From Tubiluchus corallicola (lineage: Eukaryota > Animalia > Priapulida), in NCBI GenBank assembly GCA_030141605.1, contig JAQGDQ010000049.1, forward strand, positions 124,001 to 188,000: DNA of 64,000 nt. Reading direction: 5' to 3'. Under the pieces are notes generated by a model that saw only the letters and a program-made list of their open reading frames with translations, made no database searches and was not told the origin of the DNA. The translations under genes and the position numbers were made by a program. The stretch's first letter is position 1. The number at the start of each line of letters is the position of its first letter. Shown here in pieces: positions 10,699 to 25,354 of the stretch.

Positions 10699-13269
10699 TT
10701 GGCACGTAGCGTCATTGTCATTATCAAAATAATCTCGCCAACGTAACACATCTTTCTCCACCAATAGACTAAAAAGTTATCATGTGAAGAAGCTTAATTT
10801 TCTCAAATTCGGTTAGTTGAAATCATTTGGCCTGAAACACCGCAAACTTCAATCAAAGACAAATGGAACTGCACGCATTACAATGCCTCATTGTGTTTTC
10901 AGTGTTTGAAGAGTCATGTTTGTCTTAACCTGACTTGTGTTATTGCTTCGAAATTGTAGTGTATGAGCTGTCAGTTGCAGCGTTTGTAAGTCTTGCGGCT
11001 ATAGTAATTGATCTGAAACACAGTTTCTTCAAATCGCTTCAAGTTTATGTTGACTGACAATGCATACAAATATGTCTACAGTATGGCCAGGTTAAACATT
11101 TGAATAAAAGTCATGTTAACAGAATAAATTTACTATGTACAAAGTTGTCAGTGTAAAAAACAATGTTGTTTCTGACTGAAGTCTAGATCCTCGAAATTCC
11201 TAGAAGACTATTTCACTCCAACTTGTAGGAGTGTGATTTGGTCTAATCAGTCGGGTCCAGTCTGGTCCTATCCCTCTTGTCTCATCCAACCGTGTCCCGT
11301 CCTGTATTGCCCTGTCCCGTACAGTACAGTCTATCCCTTTCGTGCCATTGCCAAAGACTATCTTCATTCAGTAACCAGTTAGTTATGGTTGCTTAGCATT
11401 ATAAGTGTGCATCAAAGTTCATAGTTGCAAGAAACTTTCTTTAACACATCGTTTTTATGTTTTTATCACATTCGTACATACACGGCAGCAAAAGTATCAG
11501 GCACACGTAAAAATGTTAACGACTAAGAATGCAGGTTACTAAGCAACTAATGGATGCAAACGTTCTTATTCTTGTGCACGCTTTATCAAAGTAGTTCATA
11601 CAGCATCAGTGAAGGCAGTGATTAACAAAAATTTCTGCTTGGATTATTACAGGCTGCCGCCGCCGTAGCCGTTGTCGCTGTGTGGATGCATTATAAGTTC
11701 ACTAATGTGGAAACAGTTTAAAAACCAAGACCGGTAATGAGCGCAGCTTTGAAGGTTAGTGCTGCTCGTAATTTGTAAAACAATCTGGTAGACCTATTTA
11801 AGTTTGCTGGCTACACTGTGGGTTGTTTAAATGACGGCTTTGCTGCTTTCTTTAAAATATCTAGTGTTCTACATATCCCCTCCGATATTTAAAAGAAAAA
11901 TAGGACACACCGATAATGTAGAAGAAATGCATCTTGAGAAAATTCTGTAATTACTCTAAATGTGCCGGAGACAGATTTGAAAAGGTTTTGCAAAAATAAC
12001 CTTTATCATCGTCATCATCGTTATTCTCATCGTCATATGATCGTCATAATTTTCACAATTTTCCATGAAAAGTTTATTAAAAAACAAGCATTACCGTTAT
12101 CGCTGACAAATTTATAAATGTTGCTAGGTTAATGATTTTAGCTTTGAGTGGATGGAATAATGCTCAACTTTGACGTATGGTTGAAGGCGGTCAAGCTACT
12201 GAATGTGAGGTTGTGGGTACTGGGTTCCAGGTGCTCAGTTCGTGGATAAAAACGCGCACATTTTCGCAAAAACTTTTATTAGAGTTCATAACAGCTTTTT
12301 ACATATTGTAACGGCGGCGAAATGTCATTTGTTTTCACCCGCACCCCCTGCACTGTAATCATTCTGTTACGAAGCCATTGCATACTGGCACTATAAACAG
12401 GCTGGGATGTAATGGTTCCGGTGGTCTAGTAGGTAATTTTTATCATTTCAGTACCTGTTCCGTTGGCATGCAGAACACAAGCAGAACAACATGGCAGTTG
12501 ATAAATAAATTTTGCTGTTTCTACACGTTTGTCTAACGTTTTTCTCCATAGTCACATTTCACAGATTATTCAAAATTTCGTATTACAAACTTTGTAATAA
12601 ATTATGAAATTTGTACAAAGTTCATATTCGCAAATAGATATTTAACAATCGCAAGTGAATGTCCAGTAGCTAGCTTAGGTTGCAAGCTAAGAGTATGATT
12701 GAAAATGAATGACGTCAAATACCCCTTTCGAGTATTACGGCTTTGTCAGCACAATGCAATAGGCTTCAGCGCTTCACTACCAAAAATGTACCGCGAGGGT
12801 ACATTGGGTACAAAATACGGTTCTGGTAAAAATATAATAATCAAATAACTCGTCGCTTAAGCAAATGTCAAAATTGATGCAATGTTAAATTCTTGTTCTA
12901 TGGCCAGCTACAGCTGTGCATTGCCATTTATTTTTTCCATTACCTAAACGTCAAAATATCACTTATCGCACTACTTTCTCTCTCTAATGTCGATAAATAG
13001 CTATAAATCTAGCCTTATAATATAGTTAATCTTTAGCAATTTTATTAATTTTCTTATTTTATATCAACTAGATTTTTATTAGTTTTTTATCAGAATTTCT
13101 AACTTAGATTATTCATCCACTAGAACAAAGTAGATATTGTAGTGTTTTCTCTGTTTTGATCTTAAGATGTCTCTTTGTATTTCTGTTTTTTTCTGATTGA
13201 TTTTGTATGCATTTTGATTGTTTGATTTTTTAGCGCTCATATTATTTATGTACATAAAATAAAATTTGG

Positions 13270-13418
13270 CTTACCTTACCGTATATTATCTTACCTTACC
13301 ATACCTTACTCTACCTTACCTTACCTTACCTTGTCTTACCTTGCCTTACTTTACCTTACCTTACTTCACCTTACCTCACCTTACCTTGCATTACCTTACT
13401 TTACCTAACCTTACCTTA
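13270..13418. repeat. (CCTTA)n pentanucleotide microsatellite
   Basis: Imperfect cttac repeats; explains spurious ORF 13266-13643. Confidence 0.9.
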
Positions 13419-14449
13419 TTTTACGTTTGTTGCCTTACTACTCCGGACGCAATACTCCTCGTAAGCGCTCCAAAGTGCTTTACGTCACTATTTTCCGATA
13501 GTGTTTTATTGCGGTTCCAGATAATTTGTTGCGTGGAATCAAGAAATCACTGCGAGGTACCGTGGAATTCATCATACAAAATTACAGACTATTGCTGGAA
13601 TTGGACAATCAGCAAAAACCACCTTTGCCCACTTCCTGCTTAAATCAACCGTGTCTACTGCTACATAATAAATAAATCCTCAATCACATTAGTTCAATAA
13701 AATAACTAGGTCATGACATTGCGCTTGCAGAGCATGGTTAATGGCGATAATTGCAGCTTAAACTTAGTGGCTTCCAGCGTCTTAAAGTTTCGAAACCTAT
13801 TAAGTTGCTGAAAAATCAGTATTTCGACATTCATGGCATTCGCAGTGTAACTTCAAAGAAGCATTGATTTAATCACCTAAACAAAGGTTAACTGCACAAA
13901 CAAAGAAGAAGAAAATATTAACATACGCAAGAAACTAAAGAGAAAAGAACGAAAGTCAGCCACATTTACAGCTATTCCAGTTTAACCGTTTTAGAGCAAC
14001 TTTTTCATTGTTCTTTATTAATTAAACAAGAATGACTTTATACAAATTCCCAGCCTATGTTTGGTAATTGATTATAACTATATACTATGTAGTAGGTGGG
14101 TGAGATCGAGTCGTGTGTGTGCGTGCTTCCGTCTATAGATATGTATGTTCGCGCGCGCGTAAGTATGTATTCGTGTCCGCAATTTTTCAGCGACTCCTTC
14201 TTCAATTAATAATTAACCATTAGGCTAATTGTGGTAAGCGTAATGTGTTAATGTGTGTATTCGTGCTGAAGTTACAAAGTTCTGAGTTCAAGTCCTAGCT
14301 GGCCTACAATATTTCAGTACCTCCTTCAAACTATTATCATTTTGATGGAAGCGCACACCGCTCTAGAGAATGTCCCTCTGGGATTTTTTTTAAATTAGAC
14401 TAGATTTGATAAATATGGATGAATCGTTATTTGAATCTCTTGGTGTCCT

Positions 14450-15130
14450 TTCCTGGAGGCTCAAATCGCCAACGCAACAGTTATCCTTAGCCGCAAGGAG
14501 TCAAGGGCAGCGACATGTTAGGTATAGCTACTGTATAGATAACTTTTTTCTGCTTTATGCTTTTCCTTATTTCCTACAACAGCTGTCGTTATTTAGTTGT
14601 CATGTATCCTTATTCAAGTTTCATGTAGAAAGTTTATTGTGCCATTATCGTATACCACTTGTCCATTTGTCAAATCAAACACTGATTTTACTGTTTTCTG
14701 ACCTTCCACATAATTGCCTGTTCGCTTTCCTTGTCTTCGATTGATGGCGGGCGCGATTTCAGAAAGTGCATTTTCAGCTAAGAAAACACTTGAAATTTCT
14801 CGAATAATCGGACGTGTTTCGTCAAACAAGATGGCGAGAAAAAGAACGCCATGGTCCCGTCGGTATTACATGACAACATTTCACTGATTGCTCTGAAGAA
14901 AGGAGACTTTCCGCCAGCAGTGATGATGTGTGCAAATGGGCAAAATTCGTCCGCGATAAGGGACTTTCCATTATGTTAACAAATTGGTAGTATGCGCACT
15001 GATTATGTACAATGGACACTCGAGAGATTTGGATGGCGCAGATTTTGTAGTTTGAATCTGCATCATCAGCATAAAATTCTGGCTGCTATAATGCACTGAA
15101 CCACAGACGATGTTTGCTTTCAAGAATAAA
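14450..15130 (-). mobile_element. Possible highly decayed LINE RT remnant
   Basis: Minus strand at about 15060-15077 reads ttt tat gct gat gat (FYADD); the surroundings are broken by stops. Boundaries are approximate. Confidence 0.3.
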
Positions 15131-16036
15131 CGCTTAGAAGATTTGCTTATGAATGGAGTCTACCTATATGAAAATGAGAAAAAGTAGAACTTGCCTGTCA
15201 TAATAATTTAAATAAAAGTTTAAAATTTATATGCAATTAAACAAATTATTCAAAACATATTAACTATTCTCTTCTTGTTTTTTCTTTGAATTGTAAGTTT
15301 ATGTGGCTATACTTAGTTTTTTATGGCTTAAGACTATGTCTAAGAGCTGAAATAACAAATAGTAACACTATTTGTGCGGTCACTAATCCAGTGACTTGCT
15401 CTGCGCGATAAGGAAATAAATTCAACCGCTTCATTAATAAATTAGTTAATGTGTAACATCAAAAGTATAACGGGTACCTTAAGTTCAATAATCGCTCAGC
15501 AGATGGACCTACTAAGATGGAACACTGTGATTTTGCATAGTTCTATTCCTCGTTTGCAATTAATCAGTAATAAGGCTTCCACTATTACAAACGTAGTGCG
15601 ACCAAAAGTAGCAGTTTCACTTCTGTTTTTTAAACGCTCGCTTTATGTCTGTGTTTTAATCGTCAACTAAACCGTCATAATTACTTCGATCAAACAATTA
15701 CTCGTAATTGCTCTGAAGCCTTGTCAGACGGCCTGGGAATTCTACTCAAGTAGCAAACCCGCTGAAATCGCCATTAGCCAGCAGTTAATTAATTACTTAT
15801 TGTGTGATTATAATGATTCTCGCATTTTTGCAGAAAACGCTAATCACTGACTTGTGGTGAATGTGATTCGAAACAATAATTTTTTGTAGCCGCGAGCCCG
15901 TATAACGTACGTCCATGAACGGCCTGAGTGAAAACCCTAATCTACTGTGCCCAAAATACCACCAACACTGCCCACTGGAAAGAATTTATTTCTCCTTACA
16001 TTAACTTTAGTGTAATAATAACGTAGTATAAATGCT

Positions 16037-16876
16037 AAACTCATCCTTTAAGGTCCTTTAAACGAGTGATGAGGCATTGCTTTCAAAATCCGCCTTTCGC
16101 GTCTCAGTAGGAGATTTGCCTGTAAACACCGAAATGACATACGGTGAACATCAATCAATTTGAAATCAAGGTAGTGCTGCAGACAAGTATTTTTGAGGTC
16201 AAAACCAATGAGTAATAATAATAATGTAATAACTTTTCGAAAAATAAAGAAATGCTTTTTTTCTCGATCTTGTCTCATGTGATGACAGAAGGAATTAGGA
16301 CAGTTTCTTTTGGGCTTCCATGTCAAGGGAATGTGTTTCCTTTTGTGCAGACTTCCCCACGGAATTCTCATCTGTAGTATATATCAACTTTGACATAAAA
16401 AGAGAAAATTGATCAAAGATATGAGCATATCTCTTAAGGTTTCCTTCATTTGTAGTTCACTGTGCATTCCCACCTTCAGAAAGCAGGAAAACTGCGTGAG
16501 ACAAACGTAATAAGTTGTAAAGACTTTAACATGTCAAACTGCGGCTTGTAAACGTCTCATAAGATCTGAAGATCCTTGCTTTGCGTGTGGCGAAAGAGAA
16601 AACAGAAGCATTCTTAATGCACTGAAACACCACAAACTCATCACTTAGGCAATTTATCGCCAATTTGACTGATTTGGAAAAGGTTAAGGTGTCATTTACG
16701 TGCAGCGGTGACAGCAAAATCGCTCGTCTGTGGTGGCTCTACCTTGATTTCAAATTGATTAATGTTTACCACGTCTCATTTGGGTGTTTACATGCAAATC
16801 TCCTACTGAAAACTGAAAGGCGTATTTTGAAAGCAATGGCTCATCATTCATTTAAAGGAACTTAAGGGATGAGTTT
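16037..16876. mobile_element. MITE/foldback-like element with about 145-bp imperfect terminal inverted repeats
   Basis: 16037-16182 is the imperfect reverse complement of 16726-16876, also visible as near-identical peptides in opposite-strand ORFs 16048-16371 and 16665-16865. Confidence 0.8.
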
Positions 16877-17322
16877 TACTAAACTTGCTTATAACTTGGT
16901 AACCTCAGTTGATTAGTTTAAGAACGTTTTTTGTTGTGGAGGCTAATCATAATAACACCTGGCTTCTCAACCTTAACTGAATTAGGCTGCGAGATGAGGC
17001 CTAGCCGAGTGATTACAACGTATGCTTAGCAACCGAAGGTAAGCAACGCCGGGCCTGTTCGGTAATCAATCGGTGAGTATTAAGTTCAATGCATGCTCCG
17101 AGCAGTTGTATTAGCCATATTACCTCGTTAAAGAAATTGTATACCCAATGGCTAAAACACCTTGCTGATCCACTGCAGCCTTCATTGAACTTAGTCATGG
17201 TTTCGCTACTACCACAAAGTAAATTACATTGTATACAATGTAATTTTGTGAGTTTTGTCACCTTTATCCTGAAGCGTGTAAAAACGGAGTTTTGTCAGTC
17301 TTATAGTCTAAAACTGTAACAT

Positions 17323-17468
17323 AATAAGGTATGTGCCACCAACCAGAGTAGCACAGTTTTTTTGAAATACTGCATGCTTTATTAGAACGATGTACATATA
17401 CGCTATAAAAAGCAGTATACGTATTTTAAACAAACCGACCTATTCCAACTGGTGACACATACCTTATT
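17323..17468. repeat. Small element with 19-bp inverted ends (MITE-like)
   Basis: aataaggtatgtgccacca ... tggtgacacataccttatt (18/19 match). Confidence 0.6.
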
Positions 17469-18399
17469 CTAATTCAGTAGCCCAACTGCATAAATGTAGA
17501 TAATTCTAACAGCGTTTAGTAAATTACCAAAAAAGTGATTTTGGTTTTTGAACCTCTATATTGAATCTTTTATTAATTAAACTAACCAAAAAGTATTCGC
17601 TAATATTGCTTGTTAAATGAAGTACAGTAAATAAATTATGTTTTTGGCATATTTTCCAGAACCTTCAGAATTGTTCTATGAAACTGATTTTCGTAACCAT
17701 CCAATTGATATAGTTCTTTTTGTAATTGCAATGATGGCATCACGACCGGCACGCAATCTAGTTTCAACCTACGGGGCTTAAAACTGCGAGCAATAATTAT
17801 TTGCAAAACTGCTCTTTTTGAAAATGACTTGTTGTCGGATTGCGATCGAGTCACAAGAGGCTTATCTCACACGAAATGAATTTGTTCAATTATAAGGTAT
17901 TAGCTATTACAGTTTTCGCGTTTCGCTGAGGCCGGGAAAAGCATCACGCTGCAGCAAAGGCATTATAAGGAAAGCTCATTATGCGGTGGTTTTAAACGAT
18001 ACGTGTTTAGGCAACATATGGGCGGAGCTTCGCTGAAAGCGGAATTTTTAAACTCCTCAACGTTAGGTTGTCAATTCGCTGAATAAAAACCAAGAACCGT
18101 TGGTTTCTGAAACAAACACAAATAGTGTTCAGTTTAGTTTTTGGTATGTGAAAGGACATATGGTACATTATTATTGTTGTCATTATTATTATTATTCCGT
18201 TATTTCGGATCATTACATACAGATACAGCACATAATCATATACACAAAATATAACAAGGAAAAGTTGATATAAACACGCGCAAAAAGGAAAGAAATTAGA
18301 ATACATAAAATAAACCATTTTTAAAAATGACAATGATTTTACATAATCGTACATAAAAATATCGTTAGTTTTCACATACAGTCTCTTTCACAGATAATC

Positions 18400-21040
18400 T
18401 TGTAAACACAGATTAAAAGCATTAATAACGAGCTTTTTAAAATTAATGTTACCAAACCTTAAAGATAAGCCATACTTTCTTCTAAAGTGACAATGACTAT
18501 AGTTAGTTAAATACAACATTTATTGAATACTGTCACTGTCAATGCTCGAGTTTTGAATTTTCTTTAAAAAATTTAATTTTTCACAATCAATTAGAAAGTT
18601 TGCAGTCATAGTACCACAGTAATTCATGAAAACCTTGACACTCTCATTACGTCTATAATTTAAAATCTTTTTATAGGCTGTGTTCCAGCAAACTTTTAAA
18701 ATATTTTCTTGCTCAAAAGATAATAAATTAGCTTCTAATGCGTGCAACAAAACTGGTAAACAATATGAATTTATTAGTGTTCTAGACACTGTTTCATTAC
18801 ATCTCCTTCCTAGAGTTGGCAACATGGAGTTCAACGATCCATATAATTTCCTTTTATTTATAGCAATGTTTATTTTAAAAAAAATCAGATTTTATATCAA
18901 TTCAAGTATACCAAATCAGTGTTTTGCCACAAAAAATATTTTACCAACACCAAGACCTGCATTACCTGTATATAACAACGAGGTTTTACTAGGATTAAAT
19001 GTAATAGACCAAGAGTTGACCATACATTTCACAGATTTTGAACATTTTCTTAAGATGATTATATGAACCAACCATTAGGGTTATATCATCAGCATACATG
19101 ACTGATCCCACAAAAGTTTCGCCAACCCAAACCTGATTCACGCAGTTGCTTTATTAGATCATTCGAGTAAATTGCATACAAAACAAGCGACAATGTGCCT
19201 CCCTGCTTAATGCCTGAATTGATACGAAATTCAGAACAAAATTTGTTGTTCCATTTTACAACAGCGTTTGCCTTGTTATACCGATTGATCAATATTCTAA
19301 TAAAAAATCGAGGTAAATTATTTTCTTAAATTTATAGTACCATCCGCTGTACAGTACTTAATCAAAAGCTTTAAATGCGTCCAAGAAAACCATATAGACA
19401 GGATTATTTCTCTGGTTAAAAATGACATAGTTTTTTTAATAGTAAAAGTGGCGTGTGAACGACTGGAGTTGCTTTTATATTCGAATTGAAGCTGATTAAT
19501 TCCGAGATACATTCCAAACTTCATTAATAACCCTGATTCAAACAATTTTGAGATAACTGGAGAGGGAGAGTTACTGCAAGCTAGTTATCAAAACTAGTAA
19601 AGTCACCTTGATTATTTTTTATTACAGAAGAAATTACACCTTTGCCAAAGTCACTGGGTATATAACCATGATTAAGCATTACGTTAAATAACGATGTCAG
19701 ATACAAGGCTAAAACATTCGGCGAATAAAGTTCATCTAATTCAGCTGATTTGCCTTTCTCCATATCGTTAATTAGTTGCAGAAATACATTTGCATATTGT
19801 TAAGTGCTCTACCTGCTACCTGAATTGACTCATAGTCATTAACAATGTTATCAAGCTGAAAAACATTTTCAAAACACGTTTTAAATTCAGCTAGCATTGC
19901 TTTTCCTCCCTTAGCTTCATTTAATTTATTTGTTACAGTTTTCGTTTTAGAACCGTGCCTTTTCTTTCATTTACTCCAAAAGCGATTTTGATTTCTTCCT
20001 GATTTTCAGTTCATTGCTTTCCAGTTGGGCTTTTTTCTGAGCATCATTAATAGCCATTTTATAATTTGATTTACATTGTATCCTATACGCATTTGTATAG
20101 CCACATATAGGTTTGGCAATGCTATTCCATATTCACGCATTAATAGACTTACGTTTTAAAGAAGAGAGAGTTCATCATTCCACCAATGTTTCTGAAATCC
20201 TACAGGATAACACGGGACGTGTGCTTTACCTGCCCTAAATAATGTTTGCGTTATGTTATCATAAAACTGATGAATTTGCAAACTATGCAACATTCATTTG
20301 GGCATTCCCTCAGTAAATGCCACGGTATTCTAATTTGACCTATGGTACGATAATAATTTTATACGCATGCAAATTTATTTTTTTCCCAATTCATGAAATG
20401 AGGTTTTTTAGTTTTGCAATAAACTTCTCTGTTTATATTTTCGGATGTAAACAAGAAACTGATAGGAAAATGATCAGACGTATTGTCACCATCACTAATA
20501 ACTTGAAGACCTGGAGTATTATTGGCCATGTGTTTAGAACAAATTGTATGGTCAATATAATTGCAACGATTTAACGAATTCTTATTATAAGTATATGCAT
20601 CAGGTATTATGTTTTTGTCCCATTCCAGATCATTGGTTTTCACAAATACAACCAGCGCTTGCTGATTTTTCGAAATTTTATGTCTTTCTACATTCAAATC
20701 CCCAACAATTAAAACACTGCGTCATATATCACCATTATACCATCTATTACTGTTAGCACCTCTTCAAATTGGTATGCATTTTCTTCATTACACGTATAAT
20801 CGTCATCAAAAGGCGTGCACACATTTACCATTGTTACATCCCTACTGGTATTGATATTTTTAAGCTTTACCGCTAAGCATCGCGAATTAATAGTTTTAAC
20901 CATTTCTACATACTTTGCTAAACTTTTACGATAAAATATATATACACCTCTAAAAGCACAGCCTATCAGAATTCCCTTTTGAACAAAGTAATATGAGTAA
21001 TAACATATAATTTGCATGTTTTACCCATAATTTACTCAGA
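18400..21040 (-). mobile_element. Decayed non-LTR retrotransposon ORF2 (APE + RT), many frameshifts; different family from 4443-6595
   Basis: Collinear fragments: endonuclease (INSRCLAVKL, IDHTICS, DNTSDHFPI), GYIPSDFGKGVISSVIKN, GIKQGGTLSLVLYAIYSNDL, MYADDI at about 19082-19099, SYCLPVLLHALE. Confidence 0.85.
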
Positions 21041-21939
21041 AACATGTCATTTCACTTGATATTTTTTGTACAACATTCCAGCCTAATTCGTGTGTTGCAC
21101 CATTACATTCGGGGCAGTGTTTTGAAAGACCTATATATATATATATATATATATAGCTGTGAGTTGGCTCAAGATCGTCAAAAACAATTTTTGTTTAACC
21201 GCCCTACAGTTTCCAAGGTTCTGGAAAAACAACAAAAAGACAGAATTCATTACCCGCCGCTCATTCCATAAACAATATAATCAGTAACTTAGAACAAAAC
21301 AAGTAAGGACACAACATTCAACTAATGAATAACATGTAGGGTATATGCCCTAGCATTTGCTGGCGCTGGTCTCGAACCGAAGACGGACCCACTAAGCGTG
21401 TCCGCAATCCACTCTTGCACTCTAGTACCATTCCTTTTACGCTGTAGATCATCAATACCAAATTTTACATTCAAATTGTTGATGATGCATCAGTTTCTTA
21501 GTGCTGTAAGAGGGCTACATTTTGGCGAGAAAACGCGGCATGATCGCATGAAATACCGTATACCTATCCTCAATAGTTTATAAGAGGTCAAAAAACTTTG
21601 TGTGCAAATATAATATAAAAACTCTGTAGAGTTATTCAGACATGCGTGTCTGAATTGTTTAGATTTCAGATTATTTAGAAATTCAGATTTATTTAGACAG
21701 GAATTCAGTGAAAATGGTGCAATATTAAATTTGGCGAAAATACTGAAATTAGTGAATCATTGTGTAACTAAAACTATCTATGGATTTGATTTATTGCTTT
21801 TGACTTATTGCTTAACTTTTTACTGTGCTTGCACATTCTACATTTTAGTTTGATTTTATGTATTTTATAACAATGGCAATATTTTGTGACTACAAGCTGC
21901 TTAATTTCTAAACACAATGTATGATATGATATTAACTAG

Positions 21940-22853
21940 ACAGACCCTTAAATAATACTAACTGGAAAGCTGTGAGCGTGTACTCATCGAGCCCACCAAA
22001 CTGTTCAGTTTCAACTGCTGGTTCTCTTAAAGATCTTTATACACCTAATGACATTTTACTGCTCCAGTTTGGAGGAACAGCCTATGATAACAGCATGCTG
22101 ATTGAATACATTAGAAAGCAGTGGTTAGTAGCACCGACCATCGATCCTGCTACAGGTATAGTGAAAGATACATCACAAGTGAAAGAGTCGGCTGCAGTGG
22201 ATAAATTGCTCAGAGAAAGAAGAAATGGGTTTTATGTGGAAAGTGGCGCAGCAGATGGTAGCATCTCCAACTCTCTCTTCTTTGAGAGGAATCGTGGATG
22301 GTCTGGACTCCTCGTTGAGCCCAATCCATTATCGTTTAGAAAACTGTTGAGGCAAAAACGAAATGCGTATTTGGTTAACGCCTGTTTAAGTCCCACAAAT
22401 CGGTCAGACAAGTTGGATTTTACAACAGCTGGTTTAGTTGGTGGTCTGACTAATGCAACAGATCCGAATCGTGATAAAAGAATAAAAAGATGGTTCAAAG
22501 GTTTCGCGAAAATTCAAAATGTGCAGTGCTTTCCGCTTTACTCCTTAATGCTTGCTATTGGCCGGACACACATTGATTATTTTTCTTTAGATATTGAAGG
22601 CGAAGAACTATCTGTGCTACAAACAATTCCTTTTAATAAGCTTAATATAGATGTGATGACAGTAGAGTACTTTTCAACAAATGGCACACACGTAGACGAA
22701 AAAAATACAATGACAAAACTGAGGAACATACGCACGTTTATGCAAAGAACAAATCTGTACCAGGAGGTCGCCATTTTACCACCAGGTGACGAAATATTCG
22801 GTCATGACGTTGTATTTTTACGGAGAGATCAAGACAGTTCTGCTATAAAGTGA
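21940..22853 (+). CDS. FkbM family (Methyltransf_21) SAM-dependent methyltransferase, Star-like; probably the terminal exon with the N-terminus not identified
   Basis: Motifs GFYVESGAADG-SISNSLFFERNRGWSGLLVEPNP, VQCFPLYSLMLAIG, HIDYFSLDIEGEELSVLQTIPF, IDVMTVEY. In-frame stop at 21933-21935 and AG dinucleotides at 21938-21939 and 21942-21943 suggest a splice acceptor rather than the GTG start at 21972. Confidence 0.85.
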
Positions 22854-23688
22854 AAATTATTCACTGGAATAGAAAATAGGTTTCAATTTTTTTCATCAGC
22901 GAACTTATCAGAAATAAAAAGTTTTGTACGAAAATAGATTGCAAGTCTCAACGGATGACGTAAGCTATAATATTGCCTTCCTGATGAACTGTAATAACGT
23001 ACCCTGGACTCTGTAATATCATTACGCATCTTATTTAGCTCCTTTGTGGTAGATTTCTCTTTCTGATTTGTCAGCGAAAATCGAAATGCAGCGTTTTTCA
23101 AGACTGACGAATAACAGCTAAGCAAGATAATTTAAGGCTGTGCTCAAACAAGTTGTACGTTTGCTGATATAAAATTGGTTTAATTTAATAGATGACGGGA
23201 TAAAAATCCTACGCAGTCAGCATATTTAGCGTTCAACTATCGATTGTAGTTTAATTGGAATTTTCAAGTTGAGCCAAATACAGTAGCAATGTGGTAGAAA
23301 TAAGGCTATTCTCTGAACTACTCGTTCAATGATATTATTGATGGAGTTCAGAAATTTACAGCCTAGCAGAAGCACTTGCTACCCCGAAATATGCGACATG
23401 AGTACAGTGCGACCGCGTTTATCATTTGACTGTGCCAGGGCCAGTGTTGTTTACTTGTATCTTTAACTACAGATTATTACGCTGATGTGTGACTGATTAG
23501 TATACCAGTGTGCACGGTTCTCGTGGCTAATTATCACTTGACTGTGCCTGGTGCTATCACTCCTGTGCAGTTCACTCGTGTGACTCAGCAGTTTATCCTA
23601 ATTTTCACATCATGGCCCAGTCTAGGACCCTTAAGCAATTCTTGCTTTTTAACACAACATTCTGAGACAATGTTAATTGGTTGATTGT

Positions 23689-23694
23689 TTATTA

Positions 23695-23773
<79 letters not shown>

Positions 23774-23780
23774 CATTATT
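23689..23780. repeat. (TTA)n microsatellite
   Basis: Direct reading. Confidence 0.95.
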
Positions 23781-23854
23781 GATAGGTGTCCATCCTGTGT
23801 AGTCAATTGGTAGATACGGTTTCTCCCATTGTATTCTGGTAATCGATAATAATA

Positions 23855-23975
23855 AGTGGTAACGTGTCCGCTTTCCATCTGAGAGGAAGTAAGTTCGATA
23901 CAACGGCCGGGTCATACTAAAGACTTTAAAAAAGCCCTAACTGGCGCCTGTTATTTAGAGTGAAAGTGGGGTAAT
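23855..23975 (+). mobile_element. tRNA-derived SINE-like fragment
   Basis: B-box-like agttcgata followed by ggccgggtcatactaaagactttaaaaa; related to the copies at 47180-47670. Confidence 0.4.
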
Positions 23976-24065
23976 AATAGTCTCTGTTATGTAGTTGTCG
24001 GTTGTTATTTACAGTCGGCGATAATAGCTCTTTGAGCCAATGTTATTGTTCACCCAAAAGCCGAC

Positions 24066-24084
24066 TATTGTCATTATTATTATT

Positions 24085-24175
<91 letters not shown>
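24066..24175. repeat. Compound (ATT)/(ATC) microsatellite
   Basis: Direct reading. Confidence 0.95.
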
Positions 24176-24177
<2 letters not shown>

Positions 24178-24479
24178 GAACCAACGTCACATAAGAAATA
24201 AATTAAAGGTTTAAAAAGCTTGTAATAATAATTTTGATGAAGTAGCTAGTTGTGATTTAAAATGCACATAAAATTTTGAATTTACATTAAATATACATTG
24301 GTGTTAAAGAGTGGGTATTTAACAGGATAATTAATTGCACTAGTCAGTGGAATAAAAACGTCTATAAATGCATTTTAAATTTCAAAATTGATGGACTTTC
24401 AGATTAGTTGCGTTCCATATATCCGTACCGTGGGATTTTACGGAAAATTAAAAGGTGGCTTGGGTTACATTTTACAAAA

Positions 24480-24640
24480 TTTTAAAAACTTTTTCTCAAA
24501 CAGAATAATTAAAATCTGGAATAAACTCCCTGAGTTAGTCAGCGGAGCCTCCTCGGTCTGTGCTCAGAGTAGCAAACTTTTAAAAAATGTTTAAAAGATG
24601 CAAATCTTAATAATCATTTATCTTTGAACAGGCACCTGTA
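24480..24640 (+). mobile_element. CR1-type LINE 3' end fragment
   Basis: Peptide FFSNRIIKIWNKLP is the typical C-terminal motif of CR1 ORF2. Confidence 0.6.
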
Positions 24641-24871
24641 AGTAGGGTTGGCTCTATGCTTTTTATTTGTAATCTTCTGGCCAGCCATTTTTATCTGTAA
24701 AATTTATATCTGCGCTGTATGTACGTTTTATCCTGGTTTTATATTTTATACTTTCTTGTATATAAATTTTAACGTTTTTTAATAAAGATTATTAAACTAA
24801 TTAAAAGCTTGTCACGAGCATTGCATCTATAATTATATAGATTTACTTGAAACAGTAAATAAATGTTGGGT

Positions 24872-24920
24872 ATAGATTAGATTGATTAGATTAGATTAGA
24901 TTAGATTAGATTAGATTAGA
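24872..24920. repeat. (TAGAT)n microsatellite
   Basis: Direct reading. Confidence 0.9.
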
Positions 24921-25354
24921 CTTATAACAACGTGTCATGTTGTCGTTGTAACTTTGCCTGATCTATACCCGATATTTATAATATTCTTTTTTCGCAGCGA
25001 CTGAGAAAAATTGCACGTCTGTTTTCTTTAGCAACCAATAAGCAGCTGCAAATTGGCGAAGTGTTGTTAGCTATGAGTCGTCTCATCTTTACAAATCGAA
25101 GTGACAGCTTATACCGGCGGTTAAAAGCCGCGTAATTCAATAACTGAGACCTGCTGAAAGACAAAACTAGAATTAGGATCTGTCCGCTCAATGTCATCGA
25201 ATTTTAGAAGAACTTTTACGACTTTCCTGGGAGCAGGATTTCACCATCATACTGACGTGTTTGAGTTTGTTGACGCTATGAAAACTGAGGCTTTTTGCAG
25301 GTTTGCGTATCTCGAGGTAGATTAACACTGTCTGCGTCGCTTTCATTCCTTTTG

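Noticed and set aside
21972-22853. Methyltransferase as an RquA-like partner of COQ2 for rhodoquinone synthesis
   Set aside because: The motifs are FkbM/Star-type; the gene is 30 kb away with a GPCR in between; the known animal RQ route uses COQ-2e rather than RquA.
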